Shown here: positions 9,838 to 19,612 of the stretch, one piece after another
Layout: the number at the start of each line of letters is the position of its first letter
Position numbering within the stretch: the first letter of the stretch is position 1
Source of the DNA: Angustibacter luteus
GTDB lineage: Bacteria > Actinomycetota > Actinomycetes > Actinomycetales > Angustibacteraceae
Assembly: GCF_039541115.1 (NCBI RefSeq)
Contig: NZ_BAABFP010000002.1
Location: 682,001 to 746,000, forward strand
Reading direction: 5' to 3'
Length of the DNA stretch: 64,000 nucleotides
Position numbers and translations under genes: made by a program
The notes under the pieces: generated by a model
Seen by the model: only the letters and a program-made list of their open reading frames with translations
Databases searched by the model: none
Told to the model about the DNA's origin: nothing

Positions 9838-10643
9838 TTGATCCCCGTGTTCGCGATCGAGCTGACGAAGAACCGCTGGCCGGCCACGAACAGGATCAGC
9901 ACCGGCAGCTGGCTCATCAGGGTGCCCGCCATCAGGACGGGCCAGTTCGTGAAGTGCGAGCTCTGGAAGGTGGACAGCCCGAGCTGGACCGTCATCACCT
10001 CGGGCGAGGACGTCACCACCAGGGGCCAGAGGAAGTCGTTCCACACCGACAGGAACGTCAGGACGGCGACGGTGGCCACCGGCGGCCCCATCAACGGCAT
10101 CAGCACCCGGGCCAGGATCCGCACGCGACCGGCCCCGTCGATCAGGGCGGCCTCCTCGAGCTCGACCGGCAGTGACACGAAGAACTGGCGCATCAGGTAG
10201 ATCCCGAACGCGGTGACCAGGTTCGGCAGGATCAGTGCCGGCAACGTGTCGACCAGGCCGAGGTGCTTGACGATCAGCAGGGTCGGGATCATCACCACCT
10301 GGAACGGCACCATCAGCGTGGCGAGGATGGCCAGGAAGGCGAGCTGGCTGCCCCGGAAGCGCAGCCGGGCGAAGGCGTAGCCGGCCAGGCTGCACAGCAC
10401 GATGTTGCTGACCACGCAGGTCACCGAGACGACGGAGCTGTTCAGCATCCAGCGTGCGAACGGCGAGTCCGTCCAGGCGGTAGCGTAGTTGGCCCACTCC
10501 AGGTGCGACGGCAGGCTCGGCGGGAACCGTCGCGTCTCCGCCAGGGTCGACAGGCTGGTGACGAGCATCCAGAGCAGCGGCACCGCCATGAGCAGCGCGA
10601 TGGGCACCAGCGCGAGGTGCCACGCGGACGGACGGGTCCTCAT
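9834..10643 (-). CDS. Carbohydrate ABC transporter permease (MalG-like)
   Basis: AGYAFARLRF, LPVELEEAALIDGA (EAA loop), WNDFLWPL. Confidence 0.93.
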   Translation of the reverse strand: MRTRPSAWHLALVPIALLMAVPLLWMLVTSLSTLAETRRFPPSLPSHLEWANYATAWTDSPFARWMLNSSVVSVTCVVSNIVLCSLAGYAFARLRFRGSQLAFLAILATLMVPFQVVMIPTLLIVKHLGLVDTLPALILPNLVTAFGIYLMRQFFVSLPVELEEAALIDGAGRVRILARVLMPLMGPPVATVAVLTFLSVWNDFLWPLVVTSSPEVMTVQLGLSTFQSSHFTNWPVLMAGTLMSQLPVLILFVAGQRFFVSSIANTGIK

Positions 10644-11629
10644 CGCCGTCCCTCCTGCGGCGTCGGTTCCTCGCGGGTGATCCGCAGCTGCAGCGCGGTC
10701 ACCGCGGCGATGGCCACGAACAGCACCACCGCGATGGCTGCGGCGTAGCCGGCGTGGAAGAACTTGAACGCCTGGTCGTACAGGTAGTAGACGACCACGG
10801 TGGTGGCTCGCGACGGGCCGCCCTTCGTGGTCGCGTACACCTCGTCGAACAGCTGCAGCGCGTTGATCGTCAGCCAGACCAGCAGGAACCCGCTGACCGG
10901 TCGCAGCAGGGGCACCTGGATCCGCCAGAACGCGCCGCGCGTCGAGCACCCGTCGATCTGCGCGGCGTCCATCAGGTCGGTGGGGATTCCCTGCAGCCCG
11001 GCGAGGAAGATCAGCGCCCCGAAGCCGATCCACCCCCAGACCGTCATCAGCACCACCGCTGGCAGCGCCTGCGTCGGCGAGGCGAAGAACTCGAACGTGG
11101 GTAGGCCGACCTTGCTGAGGGTGGCGTTCACCAGGCCGTAGTCGGGGTCCAGCAGCCAGCTGAAGATCACCCCGGTCGCGATGGTCGAGGTGACGACCGG
11201 GATGAACACGGCCAGCCGGTAGACGGTGATGCCGCGGATCCGCCGGTTGAGCGCGGCGGCGGCCAGCAGCGAGAGCACCAGCGTGCTGGGCACGAACAGC
11301 ACCGTGTACTCGACGGTGCGGCGGACCGAGTCCCAGAACTGCGGGTCCTGGCTCAGCCGCTCGTAGTTCTTCAGGCCGACCCAGGTCCCCGGGGTCTGCA
11401 GGTCGTTCTGCTGGAAGGACAGCGCGAACGACCAGAGCACGGGCACCAGCCCGAACAGCGCGATCAGCACCAGGCTCGGGCTGACCATCAGCCACCCGGT
11501 CAGCGACTCGCGGCCGCTGCGGCCGAGCCGGCCCCGGCGGCGCCGGTCCGGCTGCGGGGCCCGGGCCAGGATGGTGCGCGGACGGCGCGACCTCGCTGCG
11601 TCGGTCCGGCGCTCCACCGTCGAGCTCAC
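10640..11629 (-). CDS. Carbohydrate ABC transporter permease (MalF-like)
   Basis: WVGLKNY, LAGLQGIP.DLMDAAQIDG, TKGGP; GTGA overlap with binding-protein stop. Confidence 0.92.
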   Translation of the reverse strand: MSSTVERRTDAARSRRPRTILARAPQPDRRRRGRLGRSGRESLTGWLMVSPSLVLIALFGLVPVLWSFALSFQQNDLQTPGTWVGLKNYERLSQDPQFWDSVRRTVEYTVLFVPSTLVLSLLAAAALNRRIRGITVYRLAVFIPVVTSTIATGVIFSWLLDPDYGLVNATLSKVGLPTFEFFASPTQALPAVVLMTVWGWIGFGALIFLAGLQGIPTDLMDAAQIDGCSTRGAFWRIQVPLLRPVSGFLLVWLTINALQLFDEVYATTKGGPSRATTVVVYYLYDQAFKFFHAGYAAAIAVVLFVAIAAVTALQLRITREEPTPQEGRR

Positions 11630-12945
11630 GAACCGGCCAGCGCCGCTGCCACCGCTTGGCTGCCGGTCTTCAGAGCGGCGGCCGGCTCGGCCTGGCCGAG
11701 GAGCACGGACTGCACCATCTGGCCGACCGCCGTGGAGACCTCGGCGTACTCCGGCAGGTTGGGTCGCACGTGCTTCACGTTGTCCAGGTTCGCGACGAAC
11801 ACCTTCTCCGCCGGGTACTTGCTCAGGAAGGTCTGGTAGCCGGGCAGCTCGGTCTCGGACTTGCGCAGCGGCAGGTCGCCGGTGGCGATGGCGAACTCCA
11901 GGTGCACCGGCGCCGACGTCAGCCAGCTCACGAACTTCACCGCGGTGTCCGTGCGACCCGAGGAGTGGTCGAACAGCAGGTACAGGTCCGGTCCGGAGAT
12001 GGTCTCGTGGTTGCCCTGGTAGCCCGGCAGGTAGGTCACGCCGTACTCGACGTCGTCGTTGATGCTGGACAGGTCCCACGGCCCGGTCCAGAGCATCGCG
12101 ATCTTGCCGCTGTTGAACAGGTTGAGGTAGTTGCCGTTGCCCGTGTCGAGGTAGACGGACTTGTCGGTGACGGCCATGTCCCGCAGCTGCTGCAGCGAGG
12201 CCAGGCCGGCCGGGGAGTCGAAGGCGGGCTTCGTGTTGTCGCTGGTGAGCAGGTCACCGCCGGCCTGCCAGAGCATCGCCAGGTAGCGCCAGACCGTGTC
12301 CTCGCTGGCGTCGTTGACGTAGGCCCACCCGTAGGTCTTCTTGGCGGGGTCGCTCAGCTTCTTCGAGGCGTCCCGGAACTGCTCCCACGTCCAGTCGTTG
12401 GTGGGCTCAGGGACGCCGGCGGCCGCGAACAGCTTCTTGTTGTAGACCAGGCTCAGGTTGTCCACCAGCGCCGGGACCCCGACGACCTTGCCGTCGACCG
12501 TCGCCGCCAGCCGCTCGGAGGGGTAGAAGTCGTCCCAGTTGAAGCCGCTCGCCTTCACCTTCTCGGTGAGGTCGACCAGCTTGGGCTGGCGGGCCAGCTG
12601 GGCGGCCGACGAGCCGTACTCGTAGGCCACGTCCGGGTAGTTGCCCGCGGTGAACCCGGCCACGGTCTTCTGCAGGGCGCTGTCGTTGCCGCCGTTGTAG
12701 ACGAGGTTCACCTTGGTCGTCGGGTGGTCGGTGTTCCACTTCTCGGCCTGGGTCTTGAGCGCGGCCGCCTCGACGTCGGTGTACCCGTGGGCGACCGTGA
12801 TCGTCGTCCCCTCGTCGGAGCTGGCCTTGCCGCCGCCGCACGCGGTCACCCCGACGAGCAGGACCGCTCCGACGGCGATGACGGCCGTGCAACGGCGGGC
12901 GACGCGGCCGCGCGGCAGGCGAGGGGTCGGACGGTCAGCGGCCAT
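11626..12945 (-). CDS. Sugar ABC transporter substrate-binding lipoprotein
   Basis: Lipobox VTAC, LVYNKKLF, WTWEQF, FNSGKIAM..TGPW. Confidence 0.92.
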   Translation of the reverse strand: MAADRPTPRLPRGRVARRCTAVIAVGAVLLVGVTACGGGKASSDEGTTITVAHGYTDVEAAALKTQAEKWNTDHPTTKVNLVYNGGNDSALQKTVAGFTAGNYPDVAYEYGSSAAQLARQPKLVDLTEKVKASGFNWDDFYPSERLAATVDGKVVGVPALVDNLSLVYNKKLFAAAGVPEPTNDWTWEQFRDASKKLSDPAKKTYGWAYVNDASEDTVWRYLAMLWQAGGDLLTSDNTKPAFDSPAGLASLQQLRDMAVTDKSVYLDTGNGNYLNLFNSGKIAMLWTGPWDLSSINDDVEYGVTYLPGYQGNHETISGPDLYLLFDHSSGRTDTAVKFVSWLTSAPVHLEFAIATGDLPLRKSETELPGYQTFLSKYPAEKVFVANLDNVKHVRPNLPEYAEVSTAVGQMVQSVLLGQAEPAAALKTGSQAVAAALAGS

Positions 12946-12999
12946 CGGTCACTCCCAGGTTTCAACCGAATCAAGCAGAGTCGAGCGTGATTCGTGCGC

Positions 13000-13029
13000 A
13001 GTTTTGCACGCTATTCAGAGACGGGTCAA
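13000..13029 (-). promoter_or_regulatory. Candidate housekeeping-sigma promoter for the sugar ABC operon
   Basis: Minus strand TTGACC-18 nt-AAAACT in an AT-richer intergenic gap upstream of the binding protein. Confidence 0.4.
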
Positions 13030-13140
13030 CCCTTCTGAGCCTGGTTTCGTGAGCGTTACGGCGCGACTCACCAACCGACTGGACGGCGCGTGAGCGAACC
13101 TGCTCGAAATGAACGCCCTCCTGCGCGTATGGTGAGCGCC

Positions 13141-13911
13141 ATGCGACAGGAGGACCGCCTCGGGCTCATCCTCCAGGAGCTCAACGAGCACGGGTCGGTC
13201 GGCGTCGCCGGGCTGAGCGGGCTGCTCTCGGTGTCGGAGGCCTCGGTCCGCCGGGACCTGCACCTGCTCGAGCAGCAGAAGCTGCTGACCCGCACCCACG
13301 GTGGTGCGGTCGCCTCGGGCGTGCTGTACGAGCTGCCCATGCGCTACCGCGGTGGGCAGCACCACGACGCCAAGCGCTCGATCGCCCAGGCCGCCACCGC
13401 ACTGGTCGGTCCCGACGTCAGCTCGGTCGGGCTGAACGGTGGGACGACGACCACCGAGGTGGCCCGCGAGCTGGCCTCGCGCACCCACCTGCGGGTGGTG
13501 ACCAACGCGCTGAACATCGCCGCCGAGCTCGCGGTGCGGTCGAACATCGAGCTGGTCGTCTGCGGCGGCAGCGCCCGGGCGGAGTCCTACGAGCTGGTCG
13601 GCCCGCTGGCCGAGCTCACGCTGTCCAGCATCAACCTCGACATCGCGATCATCGGCGTCGACGGCGTGCACCCCACCGCCGGCTTCACCACGCACCACGA
13701 GGTCGAGGCGCACACCAACCGGGCCCTGGTGCGGGCCGCCGAGCGGGTCATCGTCGTCGCCGACTCGAGCAAGATCGGCCGTCGCGGCTTCGCCAAGATC
13801 GGCGAGATCGCCACTGCCTCCGACATCGTGACCGACGACGACGCGTCGCCCAGCGAGCTGGACGAGCTGCGCCGGCTCGGGCCGGCCGTGCACGTCGTCC
13901 CGGCTCGCTGA
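13141..13911 (+). CDS. DeoR/GlpR-family transcriptional regulator (AgaR-like)
   Basis: VSEASVRRDL HTH, RTHGGA, GGTTT, VTNALNIA, ADSSKIG. Confidence 0.93.
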   Translation: MRQEDRLGLILQELNEHGSVGVAGLSGLLSVSEASVRRDLHLLEQQKLLTRTHGGAVASGVLYELPMRYRGGQHHDAKRSIAQAATALVGPDVSSVGLNGGTTTTEVARELASRTHLRVVTNALNIAAELAVRSNIELVVCGGSARAESYELVGPLAELTLSSINLDIAIIGVDGVHPTAGFTTHHEVEAHTNRALVRAAERVIVVADSSKIGRRGFAKIGEIATASDIVTDDDASPSELDELRRLGPAVHVVPAR

Positions 13912-13919
13912 ACGAGCGC

Positions 13920-15227
13920 TCAGCGCGCGAGCGGCACCCGCAAGCCCTCGGGCAGCAGCTCGCCGTGCGCGGCGACCATCGCGTCGGCCAGCCGCCAGAT
14001 GTCGTCCACGGCCAGCGTCGCCGAGGTGTTCGGGTCGACCATCAGCGCGTGCCGGACGTACTCCGGCCGGCCCTGGACCGCGGCCTGCACGGTGAGCTCG
14101 ACGACGGACAGGAACTGCCGGTTGAGGGCTGCGCACTGCGGGGGCAGCGCCCCGACGGCGACCGGCTCGGCACCGTTCTCGCCGATGGCACACGGGACCT
14201 CGACGCCGGCGCCGGCCGGCAGGTTCGCGACGAGGCCGCTGTTGGCCACGGTCACCTGGATGGTCCGCGGCGTGCCCGTGACGAGGCTGTGGATCACCTG
14301 CGGCGCGTACTCGACCGCCTCCTCGTCCGGCTCGACGTACTGCCCCGCGGCCACCTGCGGGATCAGCGCCTCGACCTCGGCGGCGTTGTCCGCGCTGATC
14401 TGCAGGTAGTCGCCGACCGGGATCCGAAGCCGCTCGATCTCGGCGTCGTCGTGCAGGTACCAGGGGACGTACTCGCTGGAGTGCTCGCTGGTCTCCGTCG
14501 GGTAGAAGCCGAGCCGCCGGTAGAGGTCCACCCGGACGCGTCGCCGCAGCCCGGGGTCGGCCGCGATCCGCTCGTCCAGCAACGGGTACAGGCTCTGGCC
14601 GTCCCGCTCCCAGCGCAGCAGCCAGGCCTGGTGGTTCACCCCGGCACTGTGGAACTGCACCTCCTCGAGCGGCACCTCGATGAGCGCGCACAGGTCGTGC
14701 ACCGTCCAGAAGACCGAGTGGCACAGGCCCAGCACCCGCACGTCCGGGTGCGCGGTGGCCAGGTACTGGATGTTCATGGCCATCGGGTTGGTGTAGTTCA
14801 GCAGCCAGGCGTCGGGGCAGACCGCGCGGATGTCGGTGGCGAGCGCGTCGAGGAAGCCGAAGGTGCGCAGCGCGCGGAACACCCCGCCCACCCCGAGGGT
14901 GTCGGCGATGGTCTGCCGGACGCCGAACCGGGCGGGGACGTCGAAGTCGGTGACCGTCGCGGCGTGCCCGCCGATGTTCACCGCGTTGACGACGAAGTCG
15001 GCGCCCGCCAGCGCCCGGCGCCGGTCGCCGTCCGCCCGCACCGACGCGTCGCTGCCGTGCCGGGCGATGGCGATCCGAGCCACTCCCAGGGCCAGCTCGA
15101 GCCGGCGCGGGTCGTGGTCGTGCATGACCAGGTCCAGCCGGCCGAGGTCGGGGAAGGACAGCAGGTCGCGCAGCAGCTGCCGGGTGAACACGGCCGAGCC
15201 GGCACCGACGAAGCACACCGTGGTCAT
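13920..15227 (-). CDS. melA: Family 4 glycoside hydrolase (alpha-galactosidase MelA-like, NAD+/Mn2+ dependent)
   Basis: FVGAGSAVFT, QTIADTLGVGG, NYTNPMAM, GLCHSV, AGVNHQAW, TETSEHSSEYVPW. Confidence 0.88.
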   Translation of the reverse strand: MTTVCFVGAGSAVFTRQLLRDLLSFPDLGRLDLVMHDHDPRRLELALGVARIAIARHGSDASVRADGDRRRALAGADFVVNAVNIGGHAATVTDFDVPARFGVRQTIADTLGVGGVFRALRTFGFLDALATDIRAVCPDAWLLNYTNPMAMNIQYLATAHPDVRVLGLCHSVFWTVHDLCALIEVPLEEVQFHSAGVNHQAWLLRWERDGQSLYPLLDERIAADPGLRRRVRVDLYRRLGFYPTETSEHSSEYVPWYLHDDAEIERLRIPVGDYLQISADNAAEVEALIPQVAAGQYVEPDEEAVEYAPQVIHSLVTGTPRTIQVTVANSGLVANLPAGAGVEVPCAIGENGAEPVAVGALPPQCAALNRQFLSVVELTVQAAVQGRPEYVRHALMVDPNTSATLAVDDIWRLADAMVAAHGELLPEGLRVPLAR

Positions 15228-15324
15228 GCGGCGAGCATGCCACGGCGACCACAACCGAGCAAGAACGAGCAGTTTTCGTGATTGGTTCTGGACACACCGT
15301 GCGCGAGTCTGCGAAGGTGCAGCC

Positions 15325-16284
15325 ATGTCGGACGTCGGCGCTGAGCCCTGCCACGTGCTCGTGGTCGGCGACCTCAACCCTGACCTGGTCCTGACCGGCG
15401 ACGTCGTCCCGCGCTTCGGCCAGGCCGAGCAGCTGCTCGAGCGGGCCACGCTGACCATCGGCGGCTCGGGCGCGATCGTCGCGCACGGCCTCGCCCGGCT
15501 CGGCCGGTCGGTCGCGCTGCTCGCGGCGGTCGGCCAGGACACGTTCGGGGACGTCGTGCTGCGCGACCTGGGAGCGGCCGGGGTCGACGTCCGGCCCGTG
15601 CTCCGCCGGGTGGACCAGCCCACGGGCCTCACCGTCGTCCTGTCCGCCGGCCCGGACCGCTCGGTGCTGACCCACCTGGGCGCGATCGACACGCTCACGG
15701 CGGCCGAGGTGCGGGACGCCGTCGCCGCGCTGCTGCCGCGAGGGCTGCGGCACGTGCACGTCTCCTCCCTGTTCCTGCAGCCCGGGCTGGCCGCGGACCT
15801 GCCGGCCCTGCTGACGGAGCTGCGCTCGCAGGGCCTGACCACCTCGCTGGACACCAACGACGACCCGAGCGACCGTTGGCAGGGCGTCGACCACCTGCTC
15901 GCGCACCTCGACGTCCTGCTGCCGAACCGCGCAGAGGTCTGCGCGATCGGCCAGGACGGCGACCCTCGGCGCGCCGCGACCACGCTGGCCGGGCGGGGGC
16001 CGCTCGTCGTCGTCAAGGACGGAGCGGACGGCGCGTTCGCCGCCACCGCGGACGGCGAGCTGCTGGCCGCGGCGGGCGAACCTCGGGACCCGGTGGACAC
16101 CACCGGCGCCGGGGACACGTTCGACGCCGCGTTCCTCGACGCGTGGCTGGACGACACCCCGCTCGCCGACTGCCTGCACCGCGCCACCCTCGCCGGGACG
16201 CTGAGCGTCGGCGCGCTCGGCGGCACGGGCAGCCAGCCCACACGAGCAGACCTGAACGAGCCGGGACGGGCCCATGCGCACTGA
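15325..16284 (+). CDS. PfkB-family carbohydrate kinase
   Basis: IGGSGA, AVGQDTFG, LPNRAE, VDTTGAGDTF PfkB signature. Confidence 0.92.
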   Translation: MSDVGAEPCHVLVVGDLNPDLVLTGDVVPRFGQAEQLLERATLTIGGSGAIVAHGLARLGRSVALLAAVGQDTFGDVVLRDLGAAGVDVRPVLRRVDQPTGLTVVLSAGPDRSVLTHLGAIDTLTAAEVRDAVAALLPRGLRHVHVSSLFLQPGLAADLPALLTELRSQGLTTSLDTNDDPSDRWQGVDHLLAHLDVLLPNRAEVCAIGQDGDPRRAATTLAGRGPLVVVKDGADGAFAATADGELLAAAGEPRDPVDTTGAGDTFDAAFLDAWLDDTPLADCLHRATLAGTLSVGALGGTGSQPTRADLNEPGRAHAH

Positions 16285-17197
16285 CCACGAACCCTCCACG
16301 TCGCACGTGGACCGCGAGATCCGTCACCAGCCCCGCGCCTGGGCGAGCGCGCTGGACCTGCTTCCGGCGCTGTCCCCCCTGCTGCCCCAACCGGGTGAGC
16401 GGGTCGCGGTGATCGGCTGCGGCACGTCCTGGTTCATGGCCGCGGCCTACGCCTCGACCCGCGAGCTGAGCGGCGCCGGCGAGACGGATGCCTTCGCCGC
16501 GAGCCAGTTCCCGGCGGGGCGCCGCTACGACCGCGTGGTGGCCATCTCCCGTTCCGGCACGACGACCGAGGTGGTGCGCGCCATCGACGCGACCCGCGCC
16601 CCGGTGCTGGCGATCACCGCCGTGCACGACAGTCCCGTCGAGGCGGCCGCGGACGACACGGTCGTCCTGGACTTCGCCGACGAGCAGTCCGTCGTGCAGA
16701 CCGTGTTCGCGACCACCGTCCTGATCCTGTTGCGCGGGTCGCTGGGCGAGGACCTGGCTCCGGTGATCGCCCAGGCGCAGGCGGTGCTGGCCGGCGGGAC
16801 GTCCTACCCGGCCGAGCTCGAGCAGGTCGAGCAGCTCACGTTCCTCGGGCAGGACTGGGCGTTCGGCATCGCCCAGGAGGCCGCGCTGAAGATGCGCGAG
16901 GCCGCGCAGGGCTGGACCGAGGCGTACCCGCAGATGGAGTACCGGCACGGCCCGATCGCCATCGCCCAGCCCGGCCGGGCGGTCTGGGTGTTCGGCCGGC
17001 CGGTGGACGGCCTGGTCGCGGACCTGGCGGCCACCGGTGCGCTCGTCGTGGCCGACCCCCTCGACCCGGTCGCCGACCTGGTCCGCGCCCAGCTGCTCGC
17101 CGTCCGGCGCGCCCGGGCCCAGCACCTCGAGCCCGACCGGCCGCGCCACCTGACCCGCTCGGTGGTGCTCGGCGAGGACGTGCGGCCCGGCCGATGA
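16274..17197 (+). CDS. SIS-domain sugar-phosphate isomerase/deaminase (AgaS-like)
   Basis: EIRHQP, GCGTSW, ISRSGTTTE, DEQSVVQT, EAALKMRE, EYRHGP. Confidence 0.88.
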   Translation: MRTDHEPSTSHVDREIRHQPRAWASALDLLPALSPLLPQPGERVAVIGCGTSWFMAAAYASTRELSGAGETDAFAASQFPAGRRYDRVVAISRSGTTTEVVRAIDATRAPVLAITAVHDSPVEAAADDTVVLDFADEQSVVQTVFATTVLILLRGSLGEDLAPVIAQAQAVLAGGTSYPAELEQVEQLTFLGQDWAFGIAQEAALKMREAAQGWTEAYPQMEYRHGPIAIAQPGRAVWVFGRPVDGLVADLAATGALVVADPLDPVADLVRAQLLAVRRARAQHLEPDRPRHLTRSVVLGEDVRPGR

Positions 17198-18039
17198 CCG
17201 TCGTCCGGACCGACGAGCTGGTGGCCCAGGCGCGGCGGCGCCGAGGAGCGGTCGCCGCCGTCAACATCATCACGCTCGAGCACGCCGAGGCCGTCGCGCA
17301 AGCGGCCGCCGCGACCGGGACCGCGGTGATCCTGCAGCTCAGCGAGAACGCGGTGCGCTTCCACGGCGGCCAGCTGGAGCCGGTGTCCCTGGCCGCCGCG
17401 GCGATCGCCCGGCACTGCGACGTCCCGATCGCCCTGCACCTCGACCACGTCACCGACGAGGCCCTGCTCGCCCAGGTGGCCGGATCGGTGTTCAGCTCCG
17501 TCATGTACGACGCGGGGGCGTTGCCGCACGAGGAGAACGTCGAGCGCACCCGCCGGGCGGCCGCGTTCGCCCACGGCGCGGGCCTGTGGGTGGAGGCCGA
17601 GCTCGGCTACGTCGGCGGCAAGGCGGACGCGCCGGCGAGCGCGCACGCGCCCGGCGTCCGGACCGATCCCGACGAGGCCGCGGCGTTCGTCGCCGCGACC
17701 GGCGTCGACGCCCTGGCCGTCGCCGTCGGCAGCTCGCACGCGATGACCTCCCGCACCGCCCGCCTGGACGACGCCCTCATCGCCCGGCTGAGCGAGGCGG
17801 TGCCGGTGCCCCTGGTGCTGCACGGCTCGTCGGGGGTGCCGGACGACGAGCTGCGCCGGGCGGTGGTCGCCGGTATCGCGAAGGTGAACTTCGGCACCGG
17901 GCTGAACGTGGCGATGACTGCCACGATCCGCGGCTGCCTCGATGCCGACGCGGCCCTCGTCGACCCGCGCCGGTACCTCGCGCCCGCGCGCACGGCGATG
18001 GCGGACACCGTCGGCGCGCTGCTGCAGGTGCTGGCCTGA
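17194..18039 (+). CDS. Class II fructose/tagatose-bisphosphate aldolase
   Basis: LHLDH, SVMYD, VEAELG, VGSSH, LVLHGSSG, KVNFGT, DPRRYL. Confidence 0.92.
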   Translation: MTVVRTDELVAQARRRRGAVAAVNIITLEHAEAVAQAAAATGTAVILQLSENAVRFHGGQLEPVSLAAAAIARHCDVPIALHLDHVTDEALLAQVAGSVFSSVMYDAGALPHEENVERTRRAAAFAHGAGLWVEAELGYVGGKADAPASAHAPGVRTDPDEAAAFVAATGVDALAVAVGSSHAMTSRTARLDDALIARLSEAVPVPLVLHGSSGVPDDELRRAVVAGIAKVNFGTGLNVAMTATIRGCLDADAALVDPRRYLAPARTAMADTVGALLQVLA

Positions 18040-18064
18040 CCCCTGGCCCGGCCCTTCGGTCAGC

Positions 18065-19051
18065 TCAGCGGACCCGCGGCAGGTCGGCGACCTCAGGGTG
18101 CCGCAGCGTCCAGCCCGCCCACGCCGAGCCGACCATCTCGCGCAGGTCGTGCTGGGCCTCCCAGCCCAGGTAGTGCCGGATCGCGTCGGCCGACGCGACG
18201 GTGCGCGGCGGGTCCCCCGGACGGCGCGCGACGACGTCCGGCGTGACGTCGAGCCCGGTCACCTCGCCGATCACGTCGATCACCTCGCGCACCGAGGAAC
18301 CCTGCCCGCGACCGATGTTCAAGGACAGCGACTCGCCCTCGCCGCCCAGGTACCGGGCAGCCGCGAGGTGCGCGGACGCGATGTCCGCCACGTGGATGTA
18401 GTCGCGGATGCAGGTGCCGTCCGGCGTCGGGTAGTCGTCGCCGAAGATCCGTGGCCGCTCGCCCTTGGTGAGCCGTTCGAAGACCATCGGGATGAGGTTG
18501 AACGCCTCGGGGTCGCCGAGCTCGGGCGTCGCCGCGCCGGCCACGTTGAAGTAGCGCAGGCAGACCGACCGGACGCCGTACGCCGCACCGGCGTCCTTGG
18601 CCAGCCACTCCCCGACGACCTTCGTCTCGCCGTACGGCGACTCCGGGACCAGGTGGCTCTTCTCCTCCACCAGCGCGGTCTCCGGGGCGCCGTACGTCGC
18701 CGCGGACGACGAGAACACGAAGCGCTTCACCCCGTGGTCGCGCATCGCCTCCATCAGCACGAGCTGGCCGAGCACGTTCTGCCGGTAGTAGTAGAAGGGG
18801 TCCGCGACGCTCTCGCCGACCTGCTTCTTCGCGGCGATGTGCACGACCCCGCTGACGTCGTGCTCGGTGATCGCTCGGTCCACCTGCTCGCGGTCCAGCA
18901 GTGAGGCGTGCACCAGCGGGGCGTCGCCGATCCGGGACGCGTCACCGGTGGACAGGTCGTCCAGGACGACGACACCGACCCCGGCCTGCGTCAGGGCGCG
19001 CACCACGTGCGCGCCGATGTACCCCGCGCCACCCGTCACCAGCCACGTCAT
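18065..19051 (-). CDS. galE: UDP-glucose 4-epimerase
   Basis: TGGAGYIG, FSSSAATYG, YGETK, LRYFNVAG, DGTCIRDYIHV, RRPGDP. Confidence 0.95.
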   Translation of the reverse strand: MTWLVTGGAGYIGAHVVRALTQAGVGVVVLDDLSTGDASRIGDAPLVHASLLDREQVDRAITEHDVSGVVHIAAKKQVGESVADPFYYYRQNVLGQLVLMEAMRDHGVKRFVFSSSAATYGAPETALVEEKSHLVPESPYGETKVVGEWLAKDAGAAYGVRSVCLRYFNVAGAATPELGDPEAFNLIPMVFERLTKGERPRIFGDDYPTPDGTCIRDYIHVADIASAHLAAARYLGGEGESLSLNIGRGQGSSVREVIDVIGEVTGLDVTPDVVARRPGDPPRTVASADAIRHYLGWEAQHDLREMVGSAWAGWTLRHPEVADLPRVR

Positions 19052-19075
19052 GGCAGCCAACCTACCGGGCGGCGT

Positions 19076-19612
19076 TCAGGACCCGCCGAAACCGACCCCG
19101 CCCGAACGGCGCGAGCGCAGCCGCTCGCCCTTGGTGCGGGCCTGCGCGCCGAGGTCGTCCTGGAACGCCGACATCTTGCGGCGCAACGACTCTGCCTCCT
19201 CACCGGCGCCGGACCCGAGGATCCGGACGGCGAGCAGGCCGGCGTTGCGGGCGCCGGCCACCGAGACCGTGGCCACCGGCACACCGGCCGGCATCTGCAC
19301 GATCGACAGCAGTGAGTCCATGCCGTCCAGGTACTGCAGCGGAACTGGCACGCCGATCACCGGCAGCGGGGTCACCGAGGCCAGCATGCCGGGCAGGTGG
19401 GCGGCGCCGCCGGCGCCGGCGATGATCACCCGCAGGCCACGGTCGGCCGCCGACGTCCCGTAGTCGAGCATCTCGCGGGCCATCCGGTGCGCGGAGACGA
19501 CGTCCACCTCGTGCACGACGCCGAACTCGTCCAGCGCCTTGCTCGCGGCCTCCATGACCGGCCAGTCCGAGTCGCTGCCCATCACCACGCCGACCAGCGG
19601 GTTCGCACTCAT
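19076..19612 (-). CDS. purE: N5-CAIR mutase
   Basis: [37 protein letters not shown]. Confidence 0.97.
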   Translation of the reverse strand: MSANPLVGVVMGSDSDWPVMEAASKALDEFGVVHEVDVVSAHRMAREMLDYGTSAADRGLRVIIAGAGGAAHLPGMLASVTPLPVIGVPVPLQYLDGMDSLLSIVQMPAGVPVATVSVAGARNAGLLAVRILGSGAGEEAESLRRKMSAFQDDLGAQARTKGERLRSRRSGGVGFGGS

